A stretch of DNA of 64,000 nt, taken from NCBI GenBank assembly GCA_964434775.1, contig CAYSWH010000003.1, forward strand, positions 1,877 to 65,876. The letters run 5' to 3'. Source of the DNA: an uncultured Candidatus Saccharibacteria bacterium. Lineage in GTDB: Bacteria > Patescibacteriota > JACMRA01. Shown piece by piece: positions 18,397-27,593 of this stretch (its first letter is position 1; each line of letters begins with the position of its first letter). Made by a program: the position numbers and the translations under genes. Under the pieces are notes generated by a model. It saw nothing but the letters and a program-made list of their open reading frames with translations. It searched no databases and was not told the origin of the DNA.

Positions 18397-18556
18397 TATA
18401 GCCATCCCTTCTTAAACCAAGACATTTCCAAATTTTTCTCTGTCACTTGCCAAGTGGTCATCCTGAATTTATTTCAGGATCTATTCCAAGAGATGCCGAA
18501 ACAAGTTCGCCGTGACAGTATGACAAGTGTTGTAGGTTATATTCGGATAGACTATA
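18397..18556 (-). mobile_element. MITE-like element, copy C (160 bp, inverted relative to copy B)
   Basis: On the plus strand it reads TA-TAGCCATCCC...ggatagacta-TA. Its reverse complement aligns along its whole length with the family consensus. Confidence 0.8.
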
Positions 18557-18964
18557 TTTTAACGAATAAATGTCTGTTAAGAACGGTTTGTTTGAATTGT
18601 GTTGGTGTCGAATCTCCAAAAAACTTTGAAAACAAGCCTTTCCCTCAGGTTTACTTGACTTACTTGAGAAGAGGAAGTTTCCAAATTGATTGATTATATT
18701 TTTTAGTTTGTTGTGCAATCAATTGTGTTTACCTTTTTTCCTAAAATTTTAACGCTAACTTAACCGGGCAAATTACATGTAAATTTACTTATGATTTTGA
18801 CTATTAAATTTTGCAGTCAAAATCCAAGCGGCAATTGTATACAGAAAAACTAGTTTTTTGTCCAGCCGGAAATTTTTAACGCTTGATATAGATAAAGCGA
18901 TTATCAGAAATAATTTAATAATTGTTTTTAGTAGTTGACTCTATGTCTTTGTTTTTAACCGTGT

Positions 18965-19054
18965 TGGTGCGGTCGAGAGGATTTGAACCTCCACACCAAA
19001 AAATACTGGCACTACCACCTCAAGGTAGCGTGTCTACCATTCCACCACGACCGC
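18965..19054 (-). tRNA. tRNA-Leu (anticodon GAG), CCA encoded
   Basis: Reverse complement gcggtcgtggtggaatggtagacacgctaccttGAGgtggtag...ggttcaaatcctctcgaccgcacca, with a long variable arm. Confidence 0.88.
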
Positions 19055-19107
19055 TTGAATACTTGAATAAGACAACATGTTAATTATCTACACAATCTAA
19101 CCTGTCT

Positions 19108-19181
19108 TGGAGCGGATAGCGGGAATCGAACCCGCACTTCAACCTTGGGAAGGTTATGTTCTACCACTAAACTATATCCGC
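19108..19181 (-). tRNA. tRNA-Gly (anticodon CCC), CCA encoded
   Basis: Reverse complement gcggatatagtttagtggtagaacataaccttCCCaaggttgaagtgcgggttcgattcccgctatccgctcca, with U73 discriminator. Confidence 0.88.
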
Positions 19182-19201
19182 AAACAAACCGTAAAATTTT
19201 T

Positions 19202-19285
19202 TGGTGCCCAAGGAGGGACTCGAACCCTCACACCAAAGGCACATGCTCCTAAGGCATGCGTGTCTACCAATTCCACCACCTGGGC
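19202..19285 (-). tRNA. tRNA-Leu (anticodon TAG), CCA encoded
   Basis: Reverse complement gcccaggtggtggaattggtagacacgcatgcctTAGgagcatg...ggttcgagtccctccttgggcacca, with a long variable arm. Confidence 0.88.
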
Positions 19286-19303
19286 TTTTTAGCTTGTCAA
19301 GCC

Positions 19304-19332
19304 ATAATATAAGCAAAATCCAAAATAGTCAA
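19304..19332 (-). promoter_or_regulatory. Candidate sigma-70 promoter of the Leu-Gly-Leu tRNA cluster
   Basis: The minus strand reads TTGACT (19332..19327), a 17-nt spacer, then TATTAT (19309..19304). The first tRNA 5' end is about 19 nt downstream. Confidence 0.55.
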
Positions 19333-19537
19333 GAGCCGAGAAGTTCTTGAACCATACCCAAATCCATCCCAACTTTTACTCACAAAAGAAAAACACTAAA
19401 TATTAAGTATTTGTAGCATCTAGTGTCAAAATCGAAACCGGTTTGAGTGTAATTTGATCGATTCAAGAATACTCTTGGGAAATTATAAAAGATTGGGGTG
19501 CTTTTTTGAGTCTTTTTTGTTAATTTTCTAGAAAAAT

Positions 19538-21493
19538 TCAGATTTGATAGAGGTAGAGGCTGTCTTCTTGCTCGAGGGGGTGTTTGTAGGATCTGAGCCT
19601 GGAATTAAGGACGGAAAGTTCGGGATAGTGATAGTCATCTATAAGTAAATATTCAACCCCCAGATTGTCCAGATTCCTTTCAAAAGTTCGATTTGCTTCA
19701 TCCGATGGGGTTTGGGTAGTGTATTCCGCGATAATCTGCAAAATCTCCCTGTCGTTTTGGCCTTGAGAGAAAGTAAGATTTTGGCCGGTGTCGCTATTTT
19801 TGACTGCCGCGTAATTGGGAGATAGAACGTCACAATTCATAATTTTGGTAGACGGATTGGCGTGATAGACTTGGGAATAGGAAGAGACCATATAAACTTG
19901 GTAAGGTAAGTAAAGCACTTTTTCACCCGGTTGACATTTGTCTGAGACAAAATCAAAGATTTGAGGGTAATCCACGTAGTTGAAATTTTGGGCTAAGGGA
20001 CCAAATAGAAGTAAGCTGCCAAAAAGATTGAGAGAGACTGCCAAAATAAAGATTCTTTGCCATAAATCTTTTATCCAAGACCAGTTTGCCAAAACCGCAA
20101 TGGTGAAAGAAACTAAGGCCGGTGCAAAAAACTTCCCGGCTTCTCTGTAAGTGTAACTAAAGGGTAGTTCGTAAAACAATTTGTTGATCTCCCGCCAAGG
20201 TGTGGGTGAAAGCCCAAACAGAAGTATCAATGAAGCAAAAAGTATAAGAAACCAAACAAAATAATCCTTTTGTAAATATAGCCCTTGAGTAAGAAATTTT
20301 TTTAGAATCAAAAGTATGACGACGGCAAAAACCCATATGATAAAAACCGCTGCTAAACTGTTAAAATAGGGGCTAAAGAAGGCCAGGGAACCAAGATCCT
20401 TGCGTATTGAACTCAACTCCAAAAAAGTTGAACTGTCCCAGCTGGCTGAACCGATTAAGGCTCGAAGATAAAGATTTCCACCATTAGGATCCAAGCTAAA
20501 AGCCTCAATTATTTTTAACTTGGCCTCCGGGTTAGTCAGAATTTGGTTATCAAAAAAAGCTTTGTGGTTACTTTCTCCAAATTTTTGTAATAAATATAAA
20601 TAACTTGGTAGAAAAATGCTTACCGGAACAAGAACATATTTGAGAATCTCGGAAGGCTTAAACAGTTTTAAAATCGGATTATTCCTAAAAGTTTCGGGTA
20701 GATTCGAAGAGTTGGAATTTTTGGGTTGATCTAATAAATTCTCGGGTATATTTTCTTCCGGTTTTTTGTGATCTCCGGAAGATTCCAAAATAGTTTTTTT
20801 ACCTTGATATAAAGAAGCAAGTTTTACAAAGTATCGCCAGAAAATACTTGCTATAATAAAGAAAAACAGAAAACCGCCAAAGTGTTCGCTAAAAAAAGTA
20901 ACAAACAGAGCATAAATGCTCGCCAAAACATAATCTTTCCAATCAAAATTATTCTGATTCCAATATTTTTCTATAAAAATCGTCAATATATAAGCTCCGG
21001 GAAGAAACAAAAAGTAACCTCTAAGTACATTCATTTGTCCCATTAGTAATCTCTCAAAGGTCCAGGGATTATAGGTTAGGAAAAAACTAAGTAGAATAAT
21101 ATAAATCTCGGCCGGAGAGTTTATTTGATATTTTTTATGAAAATAATCAGAGATTTTTTTTAAACTCAAATATGAGAAGACGGTCCCCAGAGTAAACCAA
21201 AAAATCAGCTGTAGACTTTCAACGGCGGCAGGACTTAATCCTATAGAACGAAAAGAATTATATACAGAAAACGGAAGAGCTCTAGAAATAAAGTCAAACT
21301 CTAGTGAACTGTAGTCGTAAGGTACACTTAACCAATCACGATATAAGGGTTGTCCTTTGAGTCTGAAAAAGCCGATACTAACAAATAAAGCCAAAAAGAT
21401 GGTTCCCGATAAATAAAGAGAATCGGCCCTACTCTTATTTAAGTAATTGATAATTGATTCAAATTTTTCTTTCATACTTTTTTGAATCCGCAA
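19538..21493 (-). CDS. Large polytopic membrane protein with a C-terminal soluble domain (GT-C-like glycosyltransferase candidate)
   Basis: 651 aa with more than 10 predicted TM helices, a hydrophilic insertion, and a ~150-aa C-terminal domain. The architecture resembles lipid-linked-sugar transferases. No diagnostic motif was confirmed. Confidence 0.45.
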   Translation of the reverse strand: MRIQKSMKEKFESIINYLNKSRADSLYLSGTIFLALFVSIGFFRLKGQPLYRDWLSVPYDYSSLEFDFISRALPFSVYNSFRSIGLSPAAVESLQLIFWFTLGTVFSYLSLKKISDYFHKKYQINSPAEIYIILLSFFLTYNPWTFERLLMGQMNVLRGYFLFLPGAYILTIFIEKYWNQNNFDWKDYVLASIYALFVTFFSEHFGGFLFFFIIASIFWRYFVKLASLYQGKKTILESSGDHKKPEENIPENLLDQPKNSNSSNLPETFRNNPILKLFKPSEILKYVLVPVSIFLPSYLYLLQKFGESNHKAFFDNQILTNPEAKLKIIEAFSLDPNGGNLYLRALIGSASWDSSTFLELSSIRKDLGSLAFFSPYFNSLAAVFIIWVFAVVILLILKKFLTQGLYLQKDYFVWFLILFASLILLFGLSPTPWREINKLFYELPFSYTYREAGKFFAPALVSFTIAVLANWSWIKDLWQRIFILAVSLNLFGSLLLFGPLAQNFNYVDYPQIFDFVSDKCQPGEKVLYLPYQVYMVSSYSQVYHANPSTKIMNCDVLSPNYAAVKNSDTGQNLTFSQGQNDREILQIIAEYTTQTPSDEANRTFERNLDNLGVEYLLIDDYHYPELSVLNSRLRSYKHPLEQEDSLYLYQI

Positions 21494-21947
21494 TATTTTA
21501 TTTTGATTTTCAAAATCATGGAAAGTTACTTTTTTAAAAAATCAAGATTTAGTTTTGTCCTATTCGTCTATGACTGTCAACAGGCACAAGAGTATATTTT
21601 TGCATCATCATTTAGGTGAAGAATGAAGCAGACTTTAACCGAGAGGTAAAATTAATAAAATTTATTCAAAAACCTAAGCCTGCTCTTCCGGATTGGATCC
21701 AATATTCATTTTTCCGACTTTGTTAAGATTTCTATTATTTAAAAATTCTCTAAGGTTATAGCTATTATCCAGGACGGTTTTTTGATGACACCTTTTAGAA
21801 AACAAAGTGACAAATTCTTGCTTAATAGGATTAGGGGTAACCATTGTCAAAATTTCTAAGCCGAATAATTAACACGGAAATATTGACACAATTGGAATTA
21901 TTCAGTAGATGATAATAGTTTATTTCATTATTAATATTACACCGAAA

Positions 21948-22967
21948 ATGACTAAAAAAGCATTAATCACGGGAATTGCGGGACAAGACGGATCTTATCT
22001 AAGTAAACTACTTCTGGAAAAAGGATACGAAGTATACGGAGCATTGCGCCGGGAAGATTTTCAAAATTTGCATAATCTGGAAAAATTCGGCATTCGTGAG
22101 CAGATCAAAACCGTTCACTTTGATCTCTTGGATCAACAAAGTATTTTAAAAGCAATTTCAGAGATAAAACCTGACGAAATGTATAATTTGGCTGCTCAGT
22201 CATATGCCGGGGATTCTTTTGAATGGTCTATTTCTATTTCTATGGCCAACGGTTTGGCAGTTGGGTATATTTTAGATGCGATTTATAATTTTTCTCCGCA
22301 TACTAAACTTTTTCAAGCCTCTTCTTCACAAATGTTTAAAGAATCTAAGGAAGAGCAAAAGTTAAACGAAGACACTCCCTTAGAACCCAAAAATCCTTAC
22401 GGAACTTCCAAATTATATGCTCACTGGCTGGTCAAAAATTATCGGGAGAGTTATGATCTGTTTGTGGTATCCGGAATCCTTTTTAACCATGAGTCGGAAT
22501 TGAGAGGAAAACATTTTGTAACCAGAAAAATCACTGCTCATGTAGCTGCAAATGCCAAAGGTCTAACGGATAGTCCGCTACAGTTAGGAAATATAGATGC
22601 CCAAAGAGATTGGGGGTATGCACCTGATTATGTTGAAGCGATGAATCTTCTCCTCCAGAGCGAGGTGCCGGAAGATTATGTAATTGCCACCGGAAGGGCA
22701 ACAAAGATTAGAGATTTTGTAGAAAAATCCTTTGCTGTTATCGGTAAAAAAATTAACTGGGAAGGTCAGGGTGTTGATGAAAAAGGGCTGGATTCAAATA
22801 CCGGTGAAATCCTGGTAGAAATCAACCCGAATTTTTATAGGTTAGGCGAACAAAAAGTTCAACTGGGAGATGCTTCCAAGATAGAAAATCAATTGGGCTG
22901 GAAATCTGGGAAAACTGTAGAAGATATTGCCAAAATCATGGTTGAACACGATTTATCCTTGCTTTAA
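21948..22967 (+). CDS. GDP-mannose 4,6-dehydratase-like SDR (paralogue 1, active-site variant)
   Basis: [41 protein letters not shown] (YxxxK), NHESELRG. The Gmd STSE motif reads SSSQ. The start was moved to the ATG at 21948 (MTKKALITG). Confidence 0.75.
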   Translation: MTKKALITGIAGQDGSYLSKLLLEKGYEVYGALRREDFQNLHNLEKFGIREQIKTVHFDLLDQQSILKAISEIKPDEMYNLAAQSYAGDSFEWSISISMANGLAVGYILDAIYNFSPHTKLFQASSSQMFKESKEEQKLNEDTPLEPKNPYGTSKLYAHWLVKNYRESYDLFVVSGILFNHESELRGKHFVTRKITAHVAANAKGLTDSPLQLGNIDAQRDWGYAPDYVEAMNLLLQSEVPEDYVIATGRATKIRDFVEKSFAVIGKKINWEGQGVDEKGLDSNTGEILVEINPNFYRLGEQKVQLGDASKIENQLGWKSGKTVEDIAKIMVEHDLSLL

Positions 22968-22998
22968 AAAAAACTGTTTGCGACCTAAGCAAATTAGT

Positions 22999-23868
22999 TT
23001 ATGGAATTTTTTGTAGTGACTCGATTATTTTGAGCACTTCAAGTGCCTGTCTGTTGTTTAGCTCAAAGTTAACTCTTTTATTAATTAATTCTTGGATCAT
23101 CTTGGTAAGAGCGTCATTGCGGGGATTCTCTTGAAAAATAATTTCCTGATTCAGGTAGATTTTATCGTTACTCCAAGAATAGGACTTACCGTGAGTGTCT
23201 ATTTCCAGAGATTTAAGATTATTATTCTTTACAGTTCTATCATAGTTAAAAAGAATTTTCGGACCGTTTGTTATTATCTCAAATTTTAGTTTATCCTTTT
23301 CCGTTTTTTCAGTAACTACTTTATTGATACTAAACGTTGAGAGTAAATTAAGTATCAGGTAGAGGTCGTGATACACTAAATTATTCCATAGAGTATCGCC
23401 AAAGGTCCCGTATTTTTGCCAGCTAAAGGAAATTTTTTGAACATTCTCACCTTTTAGAAACTCTTTTAACTTTACAAAACATTCGCGGTGTCTAAATACA
23501 TCATCTACGTATAGATCTACCCCTTTTTTTGTTGCTAACCTTACTAGCTCCTCAGCTTCATTAGTATTTTCTGTTATAGGTTTCTCGCAAAAGATATTTT
23601 TGTTACTTAGAATAGCTGCTTTTAACAATTTGTGATGAGTATTGACCGGAGTGGCGATAAAAATCCAATTAACATCTTTATCATTAAGTAGATTATGATA
23701 GTTGTCGGTTATCTGAAAACCGTTTTGCTGGGCGTAAGATTGATTTTCTTCATTGATAGTTCGCTTACAGACTATCTTGAGTTTTCCTTCTTCTAAAAGT
23801 TTTCGGGCAATTTTTTTCCCGAAATTTCCTAATCCGACCAATCCGATATCGGGTTTTTTGTGAGCCAT
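22999..23868 (-). CDS. Gfo/Idh/MocA-family NAD(P)-dependent oxidoreductase
   Basis: N-terminal Rossmann IGLVGLGNFGKKIA and an FCEKP motif. Convergent with gmd paralogue 1. Confidence 0.75.
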   Translation of the reverse strand: MAHKKPDIGLVGLGNFGKKIARKLLEEGKLKIVCKRTINEENQSYAQQNGFQITDNYHNLLNDKDVNWIFIATPVNTHHKLLKAAILSNKNIFCEKPITENTNEAEELVRLATKKGVDLYVDDVFRHRECFVKLKEFLKGENVQKISFSWQKYGTFGDTLWNNLVYHDLYLILNLLSTFSINKVVTEKTEKDKLKFEIITNGPKILFNYDRTVKNNNLKSLEIDTHGKSYSWSNDKIYLNQEIIFQENPRNDALTKMIQELINKRVNFELNNRQALEVLKIIESLQKIP

Positions 23869-23955
23869 GTTTTATCTTATAATTTTTTGGTTGTTTTTTG
23901 GCAAATCTTCTTGCTGCTTGTTCAAAGGGTAAAATTGTAATATAATTGTACTGAA

Positions 23956-24786
23956 ATGAAGAAAAATTCAAAAAAAATTCAGGAACCTGAGGTCTCTGTG
24001 CTCATGCCTGTCTACAACCGTGAGAAAATGGTTGTAAAGAGTGTAGAGAGTATTTTGTCTCAGACCTTTGAAAATTTTGAATTTTTGATTATCGATGACG
24101 GAAGTACTGATTCTACATTTAAAACCCTGAGACAGCTGGCAAAGATAGATAAACGGATTAAAGTATGGCAAAATAAGAGAAACTTAGGTATTGCCAGGAC
24201 TAGAAATCTGCTTTTACGGAAAGCGGTAGGGAAATATGTTGTTTGGCAGGATTCAGATGATTTTTCCCTGCCTTATCGGATTGAAAAACAATATGATTTT
24301 ATGCAGAAGAATCCCGGGGTAGTTGTTTGCGGAAGTTTCTTGAGCGTTGCTTACGATTGTGACAGAGAGGTCTTGCGTCGATATTCGGCGGATGACTCCA
24401 TACTAAAAAAAAATATTTTCAGACAATCTCCGGTGGCACAGCCGGCAGCAATAATTCGGAGGAGGGAAATTTTGCAAGCCGGCGGTTATAACGAGACTTT
24501 AAATTTTGCTGAAGACTTGGATTTGTATTTACGTATCGGGCAAAAGTATGAATTTTCCAATTTGCAATTGCCCTTAGTTAAGTACATGGTAAATTCCGAT
24601 TCGGTCTCATTTAACAAAGTTAAGGAAGTTATGCACTGCAGTAATTATCTTAGAAAAAAAGCTGTGAAAGAATACGGCTACAGAATGACTATCAAGGATA
24701 AAATTCATACATTTTTAGTTTATTTAGCAACATCTTTACCTGAAACCGTTATATTTTGGTTATTTGAGAAGTCTCGAAAAGGATAA
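23956..24786 (+). CDS. Glycosyltransferase family 2
   Basis: VSVLMPVYNREKMVVKSVESILSQTFENFEFLIIDDGSTD plus DSDD and a later ED motif. Confidence 0.85.
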   Translation: MKKNSKKIQEPEVSVLMPVYNREKMVVKSVESILSQTFENFEFLIIDDGSTDSTFKTLRQLAKIDKRIKVWQNKRNLGIARTRNLLLRKAVGKYVVWQDSDDFSLPYRIEKQYDFMQKNPGVVVCGSFLSVAYDCDREVLRRYSADDSILKKNIFRQSPVAQPAAIIRRREILQAGGYNETLNFAEDLDLYLRIGQKYEFSNLQLPLVKYMVNSDSVSFNKVKEVMHCSNYLRKKAVKEYGYRMTIKDKIHTFLVYLATSLPETVIFWLFEKSRKG

Positions 24787-24841
24787 ATTGAGGTTTTTAT
24801 AAACCGATTAATTAGTCGGTAATCATATAATATGCATTATT

Positions 24842-25315
24842 ATGAATCTAAATAATATTAATCAGAATTTTCCTCCAAACCAACCGAACGGCAACTTAAA
24901 TCCGGGATTTAATTCAAACCTTTCAGCCAATAGGGCAAATCAACCAAGTCAACAAAATCACAGTGTTTCGTCTCCTCAATATGATAACTACAGCTCAAAC
25001 CCTGATAATACATATAAAAACTATGTCTCAACCGAAAGCAGTAATTACACCTCCAACACTAACCAGAACTATCAATCTAACCGGAAAAATTACCGTTCCG
25101 GGGCAAGTTCGAATTATCGTTCCTTAAATAAACAAAAAAATAACTCAAGTCGCGGGAGTTATAGTCGAATAGATGGGGTAGAAGGCTTGCCGAAGACCGT
25201 TAATAAAGAAAAAAAAGGAAGCTCCGGGACGTTGTCGTATATAATCATAATTGTAATTACTTTCATTATCGGAGGACTTATGCTTGGAGGTCTGGCTTTG
25301 TTTTTTTCTGTTTAG
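24842..25315 (+). CDS. N/S/Q/Y-rich low-complexity protein with a C-terminal TM anchor
   Basis: About 130 aa of Asn/Ser/Gln/Tyr-rich sequence, then IIIIVITFIIGGLMLGGLALFF at the C-terminus. Confidence 0.55.
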   Translation: MNLNNINQNFPPNQPNGNLNPGFNSNLSANRANQPSQQNHSVSSPQYDNYSSNPDNTYKNYVSTESSNYTSNTNQNYQSNRKNYRSGASSNYRSLNKQKNNSSRGSYSRIDGVEGLPKTVNKEKKGSSGTLSYIIIIVITFIIGGLMLGGLALFFSV

Positions 25316-25653
25316 CAACTCGTCCAATATGCGAGAAATAGGTTTCTTAAAGGAGGCAGTATCTCCTGATGTCTCTCGGTATCAAGATGAAATTGATTCT
25401 TCCGTTTTAATAGAAGTAATTGATTTGGAGGATAGTTTGGATGGATACACTATAAACCTAAGCAGGTATAAGCCGGTGAGTTAAAGACGGTTCAATTTAA
25501 TTTTAACCAATTTCAAAGAAATAGATCGGAAGAGAGTGTATAGTGATTACAAAATGACTTTTGAAAATTATTTCTCAAGGCAAAATAAACAGTTGGTTTC
25601 AGAATAAAGAAGGGAGGACTAATGATCAATTATTCAACAAGTGTTGGAAGTTT

Positions 25654-25849
25654 TATAGTTGATCCGAACATAACCTATACACATTTGTTCCGGCGAACTT
25701 GTTTCGGCATCTCTTCAAATAGATCCTGAAATAAATCCAGGATGACGAGGTTGCAAATTCAGGATGACCACTTGGCAAGTGACGGAGTAAAATTTGGAAA
25801 TGTCTGGGTTTAAGAGGGGGTGGCTATAAATCAAGAAGAGCAAAAGAAA
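25654..25849 (+). mobile_element. MITE-like element, copy D (core 25654..25828 plus a 21-nt shared extension)
   Basis: TA-TAGTTGATCCGAAC...GGTGGCTA-TA. 195 of 196 nt identical to the reverse complement of copy E by hand alignment. Confidence 0.85.
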
Positions 25850-25949
25850 TAAAATAATTATATTTCATCCTCTCAAAATTAGTATCAGCTCACCTATTAA
25901 AAAACTCCCATAACAGGGAGTAATCGAAGAGTCTAACAAAATCTGTTTC

Positions 25950-26291
25950 TTACTCTTGGCAGTCTATTGCCTGCTCAAAGTTTTCTGCATCTAAAATGCA
26001 TTGCCTTTCTTCCTTAATCGTCAAGAGACCTTTAACTTCTGCCCTTCTTTCTTCGTCTTTTATACATTCATCTTTTGTCTGTCCTAAAAGATCTTCTTCA
26101 CCCAAGTTTTCTCCGGATTGGCCGGTTGCGGTCTCATATTCACTTCTGGAAAGATCCATAACCTTTTCGCACACTGCTTCAGCACTGGGAGGCGTAATAT
26201 AAACAGCAAAAGCAACAACTCCAATCAATCCTAAAAGGATAACCACCCCGAAAATACCGGCGATTCCAAACAATAATTTTTTATTCGACAT
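25950..26291 (-). CDS. Small N-terminally anchored membrane protein
   Basis: One TM (LLFGIAGIFGVVILLGLIGVVAFAVYI) and an acidic ~75-aa ectodomain containing four Cys. Confidence 0.55.
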   Translation of the reverse strand: MSNKKLLFGIAGIFGVVILLGLIGVVAFAVYITPPSAEAVCEKVMDLSRSEYETATGQSGENLGEEDLLGQTKDECIKDEERRAEVKGLLTIKEERQCILDAENFEQAIDCQE

Positions 26292-26341
26292 AGAAAAAAA
26301 TGGTTAGCATATACACACACCTTTGTCAAAACAAAACAATA

Positions 26342-26758
26342 TCATTTCTTCTTAAGTGAGAAAAACCACTCCACAAACTCTTGAGGGCAAAACATTACAG
26401 ATAACCTAGGCTGCCTAACCAAAGGAAAAGACTGAAACTTTTCAGAACTCTTAATTTCTTTCAAAGAAACCTGCATATCAGATAATAACTCCTGAAAAAA
26501 TTCTATGTCAGCCACCCAACTAAATCGTTTATCTTCTTTATTCTCTCTCGGATAAGAAACAACCTTTGCCAGCCCTACAATCTTATTTTCGCCTTGCGAG
26601 TGATAAATAAAAAGCAAATCACCCGGCTTCCATTGCTTAATAACATTCACTGCTTGATAGTTATGGACACCGTCCCAAACCGTTCTTCTGTCTCTTTTTA
26701 AGTCCTGTAAAGAGTATTCCTTAGGATCACTTTTTATTAGGTAGTAATCTATGGACAT
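26342..26758 (-). CDS. EVE (PUA-like) domain protein
   Basis: MSIDYYLIKSDPKEYSLQDLKRDRRTVWDGVHNYQAVNVIKQWKPGDLLFIYHS...IVGLAKVVS fits the EVE/THUMP-like pattern. The start was moved to the internal ATG at 26758. Confidence 0.7.
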   Translation of the reverse strand: MSIDYYLIKSDPKEYSLQDLKRDRRTVWDGVHNYQAVNVIKQWKPGDLLFIYHSQGENKIVGLAKVVSYPRENKEDKRFSWVADIEFFQELLSDMQVSLKEIKSSEKFQSFPLVRQPRLSVMFCPQEFVEWFFSLKKK

Positions 26759-26856
26759 AGTTTCATGAATTTTTTTTAATAACAAGATATTTTCTTCTTG
26801 GTGATTCCATATAAACAAAACAAAAAATCTATCTTTTTCAGACTTGCTGATTTATT

Positions 26857-27336
26857 TTAGAGATTAATGTCTTTTCTAAAATTAAAACAGTCGATCGAAA
26901 AACCTTGCTTGTAATAAAATGTGTGAGCATTTTTTCTGTGTAAATCTGATCTCAACTCTATTCCTCCACAGCCTTTTTCTTCAGCAAATTCAATAATAAA
27001 TTGCAACATCTTAGTTCCAAGACCGTAACCTCTTACATCTCTATCAATTACCAAATGATTAACATAGCAAATTTTTTCATCCCACATTTGCCAGCTGATA
27101 TTAAACTCCGCAAAACCCACAGGCTTATCATCCAAATCCATTCCTACAAAATAGCTTTTTTGGTGATCTACCATGTCGTTTATTATCCTCTTTAGCCTCT
27201 TTTTGGTTTTAATAAAATAAAGCATCTCCTTAATTATACGGTGATAATTTACTACTTCTGAAGGGTCTAAAAACCTGATTTTTAAGTTTTCCTTAATTTT
27301 CTTTGACTTATCCGAGTCTTCTTCACATACAGACAT
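26857..27336 (-). CDS. GNAT-family N-acetyltransferase
   Basis: The acetyl-CoA binding motif is VIDRDVRGYGLGTKMLQFIIEFAEEKG and the tail reads NAHTFYYKQGF. Confidence 0.8.
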   Translation of the reverse strand: MSVCEEDSDKSKKIKENLKIRFLDPSEVVNYHRIIKEMLYFIKTKKRLKRIINDMVDHQKSYFVGMDLDDKPVGFAEFNISWQMWDEKICYVNHLVIDRDVRGYGLGTKMLQFIIEFAEEKGCGGIELRSDLHRKNAHTFYYKQGFSIDCFNFRKDINL

Positions 27337-27593
27337 ATTACTCTTATATTTTTATTGATTAATATTAATAATACGGAAACCGGTCTTTTTACGAAACCGC
27401 TAAAATTTTGTAACTAAAGGTCTTAAGTTAATTAGTCCTCAATCTTTATACAGGAGGGATAACTTGCAAAAGTCATCCGCTTGAAACATAGCAAATTTGG
27501 TTAATTTAATTAACTGTTTCTTTAAAAAAAAATTCTGTCAAAATCCTTGACATTTAGATGATATAAAACTATTTTTAATTAGTTTATTTTTTT

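Noticed and set aside
18349-18718. ORFs 18349..18693(+), 18458..18718(-) and also 30129..30341(-)
   Set aside because: They are made mostly of MITE-like repeat sequence (copies C and E) plus AT-rich spacer. The same 'protein' segments would recur in both orientations at noncoding sites.
19107-19292. 61-aa ORF 19107..19292(+)
   Set aside because: It lies entirely antisense to tRNA-Gly and tRNA-Leu(TAG). The tRNA cloverleaves are unambiguous.
21674-21844. 56-aa minus-strand ORF (MVTPNPIKQEF...) and the 51-aa ORF at 25329..25484
   Set aside because: Both have an open frame and an ATG, but no RBS, motif or context support. I cannot distinguish them from chance ORFs in AT-rich spacers.
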